This document shows positions 9,830 to 20,038 of a stretch of DNA of 58,109 nucleotides, piece by piece. The notes beneath the pieces were generated by a model. It made no database searches. It was given only the letters and a program-made list of their open reading frames with translations, and had not been told where the DNA came from. A program made the translations under genes and the position numbers. The DNA comes from Rickettsiales bacterium. Lineage in GTDB: Bacteria; Pseudomonadota; Alphaproteobacteria; Rickettsiales; JABIRX01. Position 1 is the stretch's first letter. The number at the start of each line of letters is the position of its first letter. Location: the NCBI GenBank assembly GCA_038120515.1, contig JAYOLW010000003.1, positions 25,605 to 83,713 of the forward strand, read 5' to 3'.

Positions 9830-10515
9830 AAATTAGTATTTAAAGGTATTACAGCACCTGACATATGTCCCGATCGAGAATTATCTGCTAAAAATTCAAT
9901 AATAGTTGCAACATCAAATGGTTCCGTCCTAGATTTCAATCCAGGAGCAGCTTTTTCAAGCATATCAGTATTAACAGCACCCGGAGCAATAGCATTAATT
10001 CTAATGTTTTTTTCCTTAGCTTCAACAGATAAAATCTCAGTTAAACCAGCAACTGCATATTTCGAAATTGAATAAGCACTAAAACCTTTGAATTTTTCAT
10101 AACCAGGAATTCCACCAAGAGATGATATATTAATTATAGAACCACCTTTATTCATATATTTAAAAGCTTGTTTTATTGTAAATATACAGCTTTTAAAATT
10201 TGTATTCATTACATTATCAAAATCCTCAATTGCCATCGATTCAAACATTTGATTAGCAATAATTGCAGCAGCATTTACCAATACATCAATACCACCAAAT
10301 TTATTTTGCGTTTTATGAAAAAGCTTTTCAACATCCCTATAGTTGCTAACGTCACATTTTAGAACCAGCACTGATGTTGGTAATAATAATTTTGCCTTTG
10401 CAATATTATCTTCATTGCTTGAACAGACACAAACATCATACCCTTTATCATGAAGAAGCTTTGCAGTGCTTAAACCAATTCCTTTTGTACCTCCTGTAAT
10501 TATTGCAACCGGCAT
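9826..10515 (-). CDS. Short-chain dehydrogenase/reductase (classical SDR)
   Basis: It has the TGGTKGIG cofactor motif, NAAA, and the catalytic YSISK (YxxxK). It overlaps the downstream PTPS gene by 4 nt. Confidence 0.85.
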   Translation of the reverse strand: MPVAIITGGTKGIGLSTAKLLHDKGYDVCVCSSNEDNIAKAKLLLPTSVLVLKCDVSNYRDVEKLFHKTQNKFGGIDVLVNAAAIIANQMFESMAIEDFDNVMNTNFKSCIFTIKQAFKYMNKGGSIINISSLGGIPGYEKFKGFSAYSISKYAVAGLTEILSVEAKEKNIRINAIAPGAVNTDMLEKAAPGLKSRTEPFDVATIIEFLADNSRSGHMSGAVIPLNTNL

Positions 10516-10521
10516 ATTAAA

Positions 10522-11682
10522 TTACTGATGTAAAAAAATTGTGGTATCTGGAGAAAACATATTTTCCACATCTGACTCTCTCATATTATCAATAAGATAA
10601 TAATTAAAATCACCAAATTTCACATTGTTATTTATTGATGAATGTACTTCTGGTGTTTTAACAATCAAACTACCATTAAATTCAAGTGGTTTATAATCAA
10701 CTACATTATAAAGGGTATTTTGTTTAGGAGAAGCACAACCTGAGATAGCCGCCTGAACATCAGTTAACACAGCATGAGCAGTTTGGATTCCACCAGCACC
10801 ATGAGAAATCAAAGTCATATCAGTAGCCATATCAGTTGTAAAGCTTGCAGCATTTAAAGCATTATCAATTGAAAACAAAAAATTATCTTTGCTACAGAAA
10901 ACTGGTGATACCCTAGAATAAAGGACATTATCAATTAACCTTGAAGACGCTACCAATTTAATTTTTGCTCCAAAATATTCAGCTGCTCTAATATCATCTA
11001 ATGTAATTTTATCAATTCCAGTAACTCGAAAGTTTGAAACATCAAAATTAACGCCATAAATTAAACTATTTATAATAGCCAATTTTTGCGAAGCATCAAT
11101 TCCACAAATATCAAAAGTTGGATCGCTTTCAGCTAAACCTAAATCTTGGGCAATTTTAATAACATTAGCTAAATCCTGTTTATCATTATGCATTTTAGTT
11201 AAAATGTAATTAGCAGTACCATTTAAAATCCCTCCAAAACTATAAACCTCATTAAAGTTTAAATTGTTTGAAATTGTTTGTATTATAGGAACAGCACCAC
11301 CAACTGCAGCTTCAAAAAACAATTTGGTGTTATTAACATGTGCTAAGTTTAGCAATTTTTCACCCTCTTTGGCAAGTAAAGCCTTATTAGCAGTTATAAG
11401 TACCCTTGACTCAGAAAGTGTTTTAATTGCAATATCATAAGCTATACCTGCATCACCACCAATAAGTTCACAAACTATATCAGGCTGTTCTTTTTCAATC
11501 ATATCAATAGCATTCTCATACCATTTAAAAGGCAAATCCTTTTTAGATCTTGATGAAATGCCAACTATTTCAACATCAACATTATGTTTTTTTGAAAAAT
11601 AAGCTTTTTTAGCGGCAAGTGATTTTACAACGTTGCTACCTACTACCCCTATTCCGGCAACAGCAATTTTTATTTTTTTCAT
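10522..11682 (-). CDS. hom: Homoserine dehydrogenase
   Basis: It has an N-terminal AGIGVVGS NAD(P) fold. The catalytic-domain signature LAESDPTFDICGIDASQKLAII is present. At 386 aa it appears to lack a long C-terminal ACT extension. Confidence 0.85.
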   Translation of the reverse strand: MKKIKIAVAGIGVVGSNVVKSLAAKKAYFSKKHNVDVEIVGISSRSKKDLPFKWYENAIDMIEKEQPDIVCELIGGDAGIAYDIAIKTLSESRVLITANKALLAKEGEKLLNLAHVNNTKLFFEAAVGGAVPIIQTISNNLNFNEVYSFGGILNGTANYILTKMHNDKQDLANVIKIAQDLGLAESDPTFDICGIDASQKLAIINSLIYGVNFDVSNFRVTGIDKITLDDIRAAEYFGAKIKLVASSRLIDNVLYSRVSPVFCSKDNFLFSIDNALNAASFTTDMATDMTLISHGAGGIQTAHAVLTDVQAAISGCASPKQNTLYNVVDYKPLEFNGSLIVKTPEVHSSINNNVKFGDFNYYLIDNMRESDVENMFSPDTTIFLHQ

Positions 11683-11683
11683 T

Positions 11684-12859
11684 TTATTCTTTTAATAATG
11701 ATTTGATATTTTTAATAGCTTGCCTAATTCGATTAACATTCTCAACAAGCGAAATTCTTACATAACCTTCCCCCTCTTCTCCAAAACCAATACCTGGAGA
11801 AACTACAACATTAGCTTTCTCAAGCAACATTTTTGAAAAAGCCAAAGAACCTATATCTGCAAATTTTTCAGGTATTTTTGCCCATACAAACATGGATGCA
11901 TCAGGAGATTCCACTGGCCATCCAGCTTGATTAAAACCATTTACTAAAACATCGCGTCTTTCCATATATTTAACTCTATTCTCGTCAATATAATTATCGC
12001 AATCACGAATAGCATAGGTTGCCGCTATCTGAATTGGTGTAAATATACCATAATCTAGATATGATTTTATTTTTGTCATTGCTGCTATTAATGTTTTGTT
12101 ACCAGCAGCAAAACCAACTCTCCATCCTGCCATCGAATATGTTTTAGATAATGAAGTAAATTCAACAGCAACATCCTTTGCACCTTTTACCTCAAGTATT
12201 GAAGGTGGTTTATAATCAGTGAAATAAATCTCAGAATATGCCAGATCAGAAATTACATAAATTTGATGGTATCTACATAAATCAACAATTGCCTCATAAA
12301 AACCAATATCTACAACCTCAGCAGTTGGATTACATGGATAATTAACAATTGTTGCAATCGGTTTAACAGCAGCATTTTCAAGAAAATTCTGAAGATTCTT
12401 CAGATGATCATCCTCAGGAAGATTACGAAATGTTTTTACTTTTCCACCAGCTATTACTGATCCCCATACATGAATTGGATAAGCTGGTGAAGGAACAAGA
12501 AAATAATCATCAGGCCCAATAATTGCAAGTGACAGTGCAGAAATTCCTTCTTTCGAACCAATTGTAACAATTATTTCTTCCTCTGGATCAATTTCAACAT
12601 TAAAACGTCTTAAATAATATTCAGATTGAGCCATTCTAAGTCCTTTTATACCCCTTGAAGTTGAATATCCATGGACTTTATGCTTTATTGAAGTTTCGCT
12701 TAATTTATTAATCACATGCTCAGGAGGATTGCCATCAGGATTTCCCATACCAAGATCAATAACATCTAAGCCAATGGCTCTTGCTCTGTGCCTTAATCTA
12801 TTAATTTCAGCAAAAACATAACCAGGTAAATTTTCTAATCTATGAAATGTTGTTTGCAT
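11684..12859 (-). CDS. Class I/II PLP-dependent aminotransferase (AlaA/Asp-type)
   Basis: The protein is 391 aa. It has the PLP-lysine motif SLSKTYSMAGWRVGF and an NPxGxP-type segment (GNPDGNPP). There is a 1-nt gap to hom. Confidence 0.85.
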   Translation of the reverse strand: MQTTFHRLENLPGYVFAEINRLRHRARAIGLDVIDLGMGNPDGNPPEHVINKLSETSIKHKVHGYSTSRGIKGLRMAQSEYYLRRFNVEIDPEEEIIVTIGSKEGISALSLAIIGPDDYFLVPSPAYPIHVWGSVIAGGKVKTFRNLPEDDHLKNLQNFLENAAVKPIATIVNYPCNPTAEVVDIGFYEAIVDLCRYHQIYVISDLAYSEIYFTDYKPPSILEVKGAKDVAVEFTSLSKTYSMAGWRVGFAAGNKTLIAAMTKIKSYLDYGIFTPIQIAATYAIRDCDNYIDENRVKYMERRDVLVNGFNQAGWPVESPDASMFVWAKIPEKFADIGSLAFSKMLLEKANVVVSPGIGFGEEGEGYVRISLVENVNRIRQAIKNIKSLLKE

Positions 12860-12869
12860 AATTTAAAAA

Positions 12870-13718
12870 TTAATATTTAGGAATATTTTCTAAACCAAAA
12901 CCATTTGATATTGGATCATTTTGAATCATTTCATCCAAAAGATTTCCTTCTAAACTATCAACAAATTGCTGAGTTTTCTTAGAATTCTTGTTATCATACA
13001 TTGATCTATATTGTTCAAAATTATTATTGGGTGAGAAACTATCTGATTCCATCAAACCAAATCTATCCCTATCTTTCTCACTAAATACATTAGTATCAAT
13101 CACCTGATATTTGTTTGTATCAGTTAAACCTCTATACCTATCTGCCTGTTCAGACTTATTAATATTACTAGAACTATTATAATTAGGTTTTGTAATATTT
13201 ATATTATTAGAATAATTTGGGGCTGAAGACCCATTAGCCCCAGGGTTGTTCATAAATATATCATTCTTACCACCTACATAACCAGAATATGGGCTTTTCT
13301 GATTATTATTTTGAACTGGTTGAGTTGATTTATTTGTATTAGTATTAACAGGAACGCTATTATTTGAATTTTTACCAGCTGAACCATAAGGAGCATAACC
13401 ATATGGATTAGCATAAGGATTACTGTAAGGAGATTGTGGTTTTTGCTGAGATGAGTTACTGTTGCCATATGGAGCACCAGATGGTGATTGAGGCTGGTTA
13501 GAAGGTAATTGCAAATCAGCTGGGATTCTAATATTAGCACCTAGACCTCCAGGATAACTATTATTAGGATTTTGTGAATATGCCGGAATTGAAGGAAAGT
13601 CAGAGCCAGGCAATTGACCAGAACCATACATCATTTTTTCGTTTTCATAACTAAAATCATAAGGTGGCGTATAACAGCTCGCCAATGAAAACAAACTCAC
13701 TAATATAAATATTCTCAT
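12870..13718 (-). CDS. Low-complexity (N/P/Q/S/Y-rich) lipoprotein, unknown function
   Basis: It has a signal peptide with a lipobox, MRIFILVSLFSLAS|C. About 200 aa are compositionally biased, with repeats such as SPYSNPYANPYGYAPYG. The C-terminal ~80 aa are more ordinary. Confidence 0.7.
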   Translation of the reverse strand: MRIFILVSLFSLASCYTPPYDFSYENEKMMYGSGQLPGSDFPSIPAYSQNPNNSYPGGLGANIRIPADLQLPSNQPQSPSGAPYGNSNSSQQKPQSPYSNPYANPYGYAPYGSAGKNSNNSVPVNTNTNKSTQPVQNNNQKSPYSGYVGGKNDIFMNNPGANGSSAPNYSNNINITKPNYNSSSNINKSEQADRYRGLTDTNKYQVIDTNVFSEKDRDRFGLMESDSFSPNNNFEQYRSMYDNKNSKKTQQFVDSLEGNLLDEMIQNDPISNGFGLENIPKY

Positions 13719-13719
13719 T

Positions 13720-14358
13720 TTATCTCTCTAAAACAATTATACTATCTTTGTAACCTGCCTTTGTTAATTCTTTTTGAAGTTCAACAGCCAATTCTTTAGT
13801 AGGGTTTGGGCCAAGTCTGACTCGGTACCATTTTTTACCATTGTCACTTTGACGCTCATTAATAACAACATTGTTAAATTTTAAAAGCTTTGCAGTCATA
13901 TTATAAGCTTCCTGATAACTTCTAAAAGCAGCAACTTGAACATACTGGCCATTTATAGACTTATCTAGCAATTTATAATTGGTTGCCTTAATATTTTTAG
14001 GCATAAAACCTTGCTTGATATCAGAATTATCATTTAATTCTTTAGGCTGAACATCAATATTTACTTTTAAATCATTATCACTGGCAATCTGCTTATATTC
14101 TTGAGAAAGTTTTTGAACATTTCCTGTATCAACCTCATCTATCAAAGCTACTTTTTCAGAATTATCTTGTTTAAATAACTCTTTAAAGAAACTTTTATTC
14201 TTTTGAGAATCCTTAACATATGCATCTTGAATCAAATAATTACTTCTAGTTTCTTTGCTTAAATATTCAGCGTTATAAAGAGGTATTCTGCGTTTAGAAA
14301 CATCCTCATCTTGACACGCAAATAATGACAAAAATACTAGGGGTAATAAAATTCTCAT
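13720..14358 (-). CDS. SPOR-domain lipoprotein (septal peptidoglycan binding)
   Basis: The ATG at 14356-14358 gives MRILLPLVFLSLFA|C, which contains a lipobox. The C-terminal ~75 aa (YVQVAAFRSYQEAYNM...WYRVRLGPNPTKELA...AGYKDSIIV) match the SPOR pattern. The ORF-track start at 14382 is a TTG. Confidence 0.75.
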   Translation of the reverse strand: MRILLPLVFLSLFACQDEDVSKRRIPLYNAEYLSKETRSNYLIQDAYVKDSQKNKSFFKELFKQDNSEKVALIDEVDTGNVQKLSQEYKQIASDNDLKVNIDVQPKELNDNSDIKQGFMPKNIKATNYKLLDKSINGQYVQVAAFRSYQEAYNMTAKLLKFNNVVINERQSDNGKKWYRVRLGPNPTKELAVELQKELTKAGYKDSIIVLER

Positions 14359-14484
14359 ATTAATAAAAAAAAACTTGAGCAAATATATTTTAAAATCTTA
14401 TAAATTTTATGATTAGATTTGCAATAAATTAATAAATAATTAGTTAAGAAATTATTTTTTTCTAACACTTAATCAATAAATTTA

Positions 14485-15936
14485 ATGCTTGATATAGAAA
14501 AACTAAGTTTAGCAATCAACAATAAAAATATTTTAAAAGATATTTCATTATCACTTGCTAAAGGAGAAATTGCTGCAATTGTTGGCGAAAGTGGATCAGG
14601 AAAATCAATACTTGCAAAACAGATTCTTAAAATTAACGACATAAGCAATCTAACTTCTAAGGGTAAAATTTTATTAAATAATATAGATCTAAATAACTTA
14701 GATGAAAAAAAACTTAGAGAGATTAGAGGCAATAAAATCTCTATGATTTTTCAGGAGCCGATGACCTCATTAAACCCTGTTCATAATATAAAAAAGCAGA
14801 TCAATGAAATTATATTTTTACATGAAAAATTAACTAAAAATCAATGTGAGAAAAAAATTAAGGAATTATTAAAAATCGTTGGTCTAGAATATTTAAATAA
14901 CAGAGGCAAAATATATCCTCATCAACTTTCTGGTGGTGAAAGACAAAGGGTTATGATCGCTATGGCTATAGCATGCTCACCTCAATTAATTATTGCAGAC
15001 GAACCAACCACATCACTTGATAATAAAAACTCAAATAATATCATTAAACTTCTTAAAGATATTGCAAAAAACCAGCAAATATCTGTTATTTTCATTAGTC
15101 ATGATATCAATTTAGTTAAAAAAATAGCTGACAAAATATTAGTAATGCACAATGGTAAAATTATAGAATCAGGAAGTAAAAAAGCTATTTTTGAATCCCC
15201 AAAAACCCAATATACAAAAGATTTATTAGGAACAAATTTAACTAAACAAAACAGAAAAATTTTGCCTAATTCAGAACTAATGGTTCAAATAAAAAATCTT
15301 AATTTAAGTTATTTTCATTATCAAGGTTTAAAGAAAATCGAGAATCAGGTACTAAAAGATATCAACATTTCTATAAAAAAAGGGGAAACTGTTGGATTAA
15401 TTGGTGAAAGCGGCAGTGGTAAAACCTCATTAGCGGAATCAATTTTAAAACTTCGAAATGCCAGTGGTGAAATAATTATTGATGGAGTTAATCTTAACAC
15501 TCTTAAAAAAGAGGAATTAAGATGTTTCAGAAAAAACATGCAAATCATTTTCCAAGATCCATTTGCTTCTTTAAATCCAAGACAAAGAATTATTGATATC
15601 CTTAAAGAAGTTACCAATGCTCATAAAATAACCAAAAGCACAGAAATAATAAAGAGATTACTACCTGATGTTAATTTTAAAGAAGATATTCTAACAAGAT
15701 TTCCTGATGAATTTTCAGGTGGAGAAAGACAAAGAATCGTTATACTTAGAGCTTTGTGCTTATTACCTAAATTTATAATTTTAGATGAACCTACAGCATC
15801 ACTCGACGCTTCAACCCAGAAAACAGTTATTACTTTACTGAAAAAGCTACAGACAAAATATGATTTATCTTATTTGTTAATTACTCATGACAAATATGTG
15901 TTAGAATCAATGTCACATAGATATTATCATTTATAA
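14485..15936 (+). CDS. ABC transporter ATP-binding protein with two fused ATPase domains (YejF/Dpp-Opp type)
   Basis: It has two Walker A motifs (GESGSGKS twice), two LSGGERQR signatures and two Walker B motifs (IIADEPT, IILDEPT). No permease or binding-protein gene is adjacent. Confidence 0.85.
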   Translation: MLDIEKLSLAINNKNILKDISLSLAKGEIAAIVGESGSGKSILAKQILKINDISNLTSKGKILLNNIDLNNLDEKKLREIRGNKISMIFQEPMTSLNPVHNIKKQINEIIFLHEKLTKNQCEKKIKELLKIVGLEYLNNRGKIYPHQLSGGERQRVMIAMAIACSPQLIIADEPTTSLDNKNSNNIIKLLKDIAKNQQISVIFISHDINLVKKIADKILVMHNGKIIESGSKKAIFESPKTQYTKDLLGTNLTKQNRKILPNSELMVQIKNLNLSYFHYQGLKKIENQVLKDINISIKKGETVGLIGESGSGKTSLAESILKLRNASGEIIIDGVNLNTLKKEELRCFRKNMQIIFQDPFASLNPRQRIIDILKEVTNAHKITKSTEIIKRLLPDVNFKEDILTRFPDEFSGGERQRIVILRALCLLPKFIILDEPTASLDASTQKTVITLLKKLQTKYDLSYLLITHDKYVLESMSHRYYHL

Positions 15937-16011
15937 TGGTGACCCCTACGGGATTCGAACCCGTGTTGCAAGACTGAGAATCTTGAGTCCTAACCACTAG
16001 ACGAAGGGGCC
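15937..16011 (-). tRNA. tRNA-Glu (anticodon CUC)
   Basis: The backbone is the same as the tRNA-Glu at 8400-8474. The anticodon arm differs: CAAGA / TTCTCAG / TCTTG. The T-loop is GGTTCGAATCC and the CCA is encoded. Confidence 0.85.
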
Positions 16012-16058
16012 AAAAGAAAGAATTCACTTAAAATAAAAGCAAATATTTAATTTTCAAA

Positions 16059-17348
16059 CTAGTTTATTTCGCCAGTTATTACATTTGTGAAATTTTGAGT
16101 ACTAAAGATCTCTTTACGTACAGCAAATATATCATCCAAAGTGATGGCTTCAATAAAATTATTTCTATCTATCAGCATATTAGCAGGTAAATCAAATAAC
16201 ATAAGACCCATCAAAAAACCTGAAATTTTACTATTTGATGTAAAAGTTATATCATATTTGCCCATTAAGAATTTTTTTGCCACATCAAGATCTTCCTGAG
16301 TAAATTTATAAGCTTTAATTTCATCAAGCAAATTAAAGTAAACATTCTTCGCTTCATGATATTTAGCTTTATCGGTAGCAAAATATAAAACCATATAACC
16401 AAAATTATTAAGGTAATTAACATATGAATAGCTTGAATATGTTAGCCCCTCATCTTCACGAAGCTTTGTTGAAATCAATGAATTTCTAGCCGAACCACCT
16501 ACTAAATGATTAAATAAATAAAATGCATAAAAATTTTCTGCATTTCTTGGAACTCCTTTTATAGCAGAATAAAAAACAATTTGGTCATAACCCGCAAAAT
16601 ATTCGATCGAATTCACAGGATTTTGTACAGAAGCAATTATATTTTGAGAATATATGTCTGAGCTAAAATCTGAAAAAATATTTTTAATAAGATCTTCTAA
16701 CTCTGACTGCTTTATATCACCAACAACTGCAACCCTTAAACGGTTTTTATTTTTTAATGTTTGTATAAAATTTTTTATAGATTTTTGATTAATTTGAATA
16801 TTTTCTTCATTTTTAATAAAACCATCTCTGTTGAATGGCGGTTCAAAAAATTTATTTTTAAGATTTTGATTACTAACAAAATTACTATTTAAATAACTAT
16901 TAGATTTAGCGTAATCAATATATTGAATTGCTTTATTTATATCAGAATCTAAAAGTTCAAATTCATTAAAAAATTCATTTAAGAATTTGACAATCAAATC
17001 TTGATCAGATCTAGTAAAATTAAGTGATATGTAAAAATTTTCCATATCATTACTAAAATTTATACTAATATTACGATTTGCAATTTCATTGGCAAAATAT
17101 TCACGATCCTTTAAAAACAGAAAATTATTACATAAATAGCTGATTACTGAATTAATTCCAACAAGATCACTTTCTTGATAGGCAACCCCAACATTTTTAA
17201 AAGCAATATTGATAGATATTATCGGCAAGAAATTATCCTCTAGCGAGTAAACCTTAACATTATCAAAAATTTGTTCTCTAGGTGTATTAAAATCAGCAAA
17301 AGCAATGTTTTTAAAGATAAAAAAAGCGAATAAGATTCTTATAAACAT
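16059..17348 (-). CDS. M16 (pitrilysin)-family peptidase-like protein, probably non-catalytic subunit
   Basis: The protein is 429 aa with a signal-like N-terminus (IFKNIAFA). The overall two-lobe M16 layout is recognisable, for example LISTKLREDEGLTYSSYSY. I see no HxxEH zinc motif. Confidence 0.5.
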   Translation of the reverse strand: MFIRILFAFFIFKNIAFADFNTPREQIFDNVKVYSLEDNFLPIISINIAFKNVGVAYQESDLVGINSVISYLCNNFLFLKDREYFANEIANRNISINFSNDMENFYISLNFTRSDQDLIVKFLNEFFNEFELLDSDINKAIQYIDYAKSNSYLNSNFVSNQNLKNKFFEPPFNRDGFIKNEENIQINQKSIKNFIQTLKNKNRLRVAVVGDIKQSELEDLIKNIFSDFSSDIYSQNIIASVQNPVNSIEYFAGYDQIVFYSAIKGVPRNAENFYAFYLFNHLVGGSARNSLISTKLREDEGLTYSSYSYVNYLNNFGYMVLYFATDKAKYHEAKNVYFNLLDEIKAYKFTQEDLDVAKKFLMGKYDITFTSNSKISGFLMGLMLFDLPANMLIDRNNFIEAITLDDIFAVRKEIFSTQNFTNVITGEIN

Positions 17349-17361
17349 AATCCCTTTACAA

Positions 17362-17385
17362 ATAAAGCCGTTATATAGGCTTTAT
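17362..17385 (-). terminator. Hairpin downstream of clpB (weak terminator)
   Basis: The stem ataaagcc (17362-17369) pairs with ggctttat (17378-17385), and the loop is 8 nt. The U-tail on the minus strand is poor. Confidence 0.4.
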
Positions 17386-17398
17386 CTGTTAAGTAAAT

Positions 17399-19966
17399 TT
17401 ATAAAATATGAATCTTGTCATCTTTAATTGAAATTTTAATTTCTGAATTTTCCTTGATCGAACCATCAAGTAATCCAACAGCTATTCTATTACCAACTTC
17501 TTTTTCAATTAACCTATCCAAAGGTCTTGCACCGTATTTTGAATCATAACCATTTATCGCAATATATTCCTTAGCCTTATCATCTATAGTCATACGAATT
17601 TTATGATTATCTAATTTACGCTGCATTGCTAAAAGCTTAAGATCAATAATCTTATCCATATGCTGATATCTAAGTTTATGAAATAAGATAATTTCATCAA
17701 TTCTATTGATAAATTCTGGGCGAAAAAACGCTTTGACATCATCCATTATCTCATTTTCAATATCTTTAATTGATTGCTCATTTGACAAAGCATTTAATTT
17801 TACAGAACCTAAATTCGATGTCATAATTATGAGAGTATTAGCAAAAATTACTTTTCTACCATGACTGTCAGTTAAAATACCATCATCAAGGATTTGCAGC
17901 ATTATATTAAAGACATCAGGATGAGCCTTTTCTACTTCATCAAAAAGAATCACTTGATAAGGTCTTCTCCTTACAGCTTCTGTAAGTGAGCCAGCATCTT
18001 CATAACCAACATAACCTGGAGGTGAACCAATTAATTTACTAACTGCATGCTTTTCCATAAATTCTGACATATCAAATCTAAGTAAAGCTGATTTATCATT
18101 AAATAACGTCTCAGCTAATACTTTAGACAATTCAGTTTTACCAACGCCTGTAGGACCAATAAACAAGAAAGAACCTATAGGCTTATCAGGGTTGTTAAGA
18201 CCAGCTTTAGAACGTTTTATAGCATTCGCAATAGCAATCACAGCATCATCTTGACCTATTACTTTTTTACTTAACTCTTTATCAATATTAAGATATTTTT
18301 GTTTTTCAGCCGCAAGCATCTTTTCAACTGGAATTCCAGTCACTTTCGAAATCACAAAGGCAATATCAGATTCTGTTATTGATTCTTTAATTAAACTATC
18401 TTCATTTTTAACAGCATGATTTTTAACTTGCTCAATAAGATTAGGAATTATGCTATATGATAGCTCCCCTGCTCTTGCAAGATCACCATCTCTTTTAGCT
18501 TTTTCTAATTCATAATTAGCTTTTTCCAACTGTTCTTTAAGTTCCTTTTCTTTAGCAAGCCTTAATTTTTCTGCCTCCCATTTTGAAACAAAAGCTGATA
18601 ATTTATCATCTAAAACTTTAATCTCATTATCAATTTCAACAAGCCTTTGCTTTGAATTTTCATCATTTTCTTTTTTTAAAGTTTCAGCCTCAATACGCAG
18701 TTGAATTAACTTTCTTTCAAGTTCATCAATTTCAGTTGGCTTAGAATCAATTTCCATTCTAAGCTTACTTGCTGCCTCATCAACAAGATCAATTGCTTTA
18801 TCAGGCAGAAAACGATCAGTAATATATCGCTTTGACAAAGTACAAGCTGCAATTATAGCACTATCAGCTATTTTAATAGCATGATGCATTTCATATTTTT
18901 CCTTTAAACCCCTTAGAATAGTTACGCTATCTTCCAAAGTAGGCTCTGCAACATAAACCGACTGAAATCTTCTAGCTAGTGCAGGATCTTTTTCTATATG
19001 AAGTCTATACTCATCTAATGTAGTAGCTCCAACACAATGAAGCAGACCCCTAGCAAGAGCTGGCTTTAACAAATTCGAAGCATCCATACTACCTTCAGCC
19101 TTACCAGCACCAACTAAATTATGTAATTCATCAATAAACAAGATTACCTCGTGATCAGCATGCTCTATTTCATTTATAACAGATTTTAACCGCTCCTCAA
19201 ACTCACCTCGATATTTAGCTCCACCAACCAAAGCTCCAAGATCAAGCGCCATAATCTTTTGTTTTTTTAAAGATTCAGGCACATCTCCTGCAGCTATTCT
19301 TTGAGCTAACCCCTCAATAATTGCAGTTTTACCAACACCAGGCTCTCCTATTAAAACCGGATTATTTTTTGTTCGTCTTGATAAAACTTGAATTGTACGC
19401 CTAATTTCATCATCTCTTCCTATAACTGGATCAATTTTTCCAGCTGCAGCAAGCTCTGTTAAGTCCTTAGCATATTTTTTAAGTGAATCAAACTTATCTT
19501 CAGCCGATGCAGAATCAGCAGTCTTACCATTTCTAATTTCACTAATAACTTCTGATAAAACCGGCAAAACTAAACCTGCTTTAGCTAATAATTTTGCTGT
19601 ACCCAAATTATTATCAAACATACCAAGTAGGATTGCCTCAAGCGTAATAAACTCATCACGCAAAGTTTTAATTATTTTTTTTACTGACTGATCTAAAATC
19701 GCCATATCCTGTGAAAAATATATATTAGGCGAGCCTGATGTTTTTACTGACGGAATTTTATCTAAAACTTCAGATAATTCTTTGATCAAAACCTCTATGT
19801 TTCCACTAGCCGATACTATTAAATTAGCTGTGTAATTATCCGAATCTTCAAGCATTGACTTAAGTAAATGCTCTGGAATAAATTGCTGATGACCTTTACT
19901 TAACGCTAAGCCTTGTGCATTAGCCATAACCTCCTTAGCTTTGTTACTATATTTCGAAAAATCCAT
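17399..19966 (-). CDS. clpB: ATP-dependent chaperone/disaggregase ClpB
   Basis: The protein is 855 aa. It has two AAA+ modules (GEPGVGKT and GPTGVGKT) separated by a long coiled-coil middle domain. A Clp N-domain is present. Confidence 0.95.
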   Translation of the reverse strand: MDFSKYSNKAKEVMANAQGLALSKGHQQFIPEHLLKSMLEDSDNYTANLIVSASGNIEVLIKELSEVLDKIPSVKTSGSPNIYFSQDMAILDQSVKKIIKTLRDEFITLEAILLGMFDNNLGTAKLLAKAGLVLPVLSEVISEIRNGKTADSASAEDKFDSLKKYAKDLTELAAAGKIDPVIGRDDEIRRTIQVLSRRTKNNPVLIGEPGVGKTAIIEGLAQRIAAGDVPESLKKQKIMALDLGALVGGAKYRGEFEERLKSVINEIEHADHEVILFIDELHNLVGAGKAEGSMDASNLLKPALARGLLHCVGATTLDEYRLHIEKDPALARRFQSVYVAEPTLEDSVTILRGLKEKYEMHHAIKIADSAIIAACTLSKRYITDRFLPDKAIDLVDEAASKLRMEIDSKPTEIDELERKLIQLRIEAETLKKENDENSKQRLVEIDNEIKVLDDKLSAFVSKWEAEKLRLAKEKELKEQLEKANYELEKAKRDGDLARAGELSYSIIPNLIEQVKNHAVKNEDSLIKESITESDIAFVISKVTGIPVEKMLAAEKQKYLNIDKELSKKVIGQDDAVIAIANAIKRSKAGLNNPDKPIGSFLFIGPTGVGKTELSKVLAETLFNDKSALLRFDMSEFMEKHAVSKLIGSPPGYVGYEDAGSLTEAVRRRPYQVILFDEVEKAHPDVFNIMLQILDDGILTDSHGRKVIFANTLIIMTSNLGSVKLNALSNEQSIKDIENEIMDDVKAFFRPEFINRIDEIILFHKLRYQHMDKIIDLKLLAMQRKLDNHKIRMTIDDKAKEYIAINGYDSKYGARPLDRLIEKEVGNRIAVGLLDGSIKENSEIKISIKDDKIHIL

Positions 19967-19994
19967 AAATAATACTCCATTTGTTAAAGAAATA

Positions 19995-20021
19995 TTTATG
20001 TGCTAAAATACAGTTTTCAAG
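19995..20021 (-). promoter_or_regulatory. Possible sigma-32 (RpoH)-type promoter of clpB
   Basis: The minus strand reads CTTGAAA (20021-20015), then a spacer of about 17 nt counted from CTTG, then CATAAAT. The -35 element matches the heat-shock consensus, but the -10 match is only partial. Confidence 0.3.
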
Positions 20022-20038
20022 ATGATAAAAAAAATTTT

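Noticed and set aside
9767-10362. Plus-strand ORFs 9767..10075 and 10168..10362 antisense to the PTPS and SDR genes.
   Set aside because: They are embedded in well-supported minus-strand genes, and no motifs are present.
13274-13540. An 88-aa alternative-frame ORF within the low-complexity lipoprotein gene.
   Set aside because: It is on the same strand but out of frame. It arises from the repetitive composition and has no signal peptide or motif.
14469-15617. Antisense ORFs 14469..14732 and 15345..15617 inside the ABC ATPase gene.
   Set aside because: They lie opposite a gene with two complete Walker A / signature / Walker B sets, so they are spurious.
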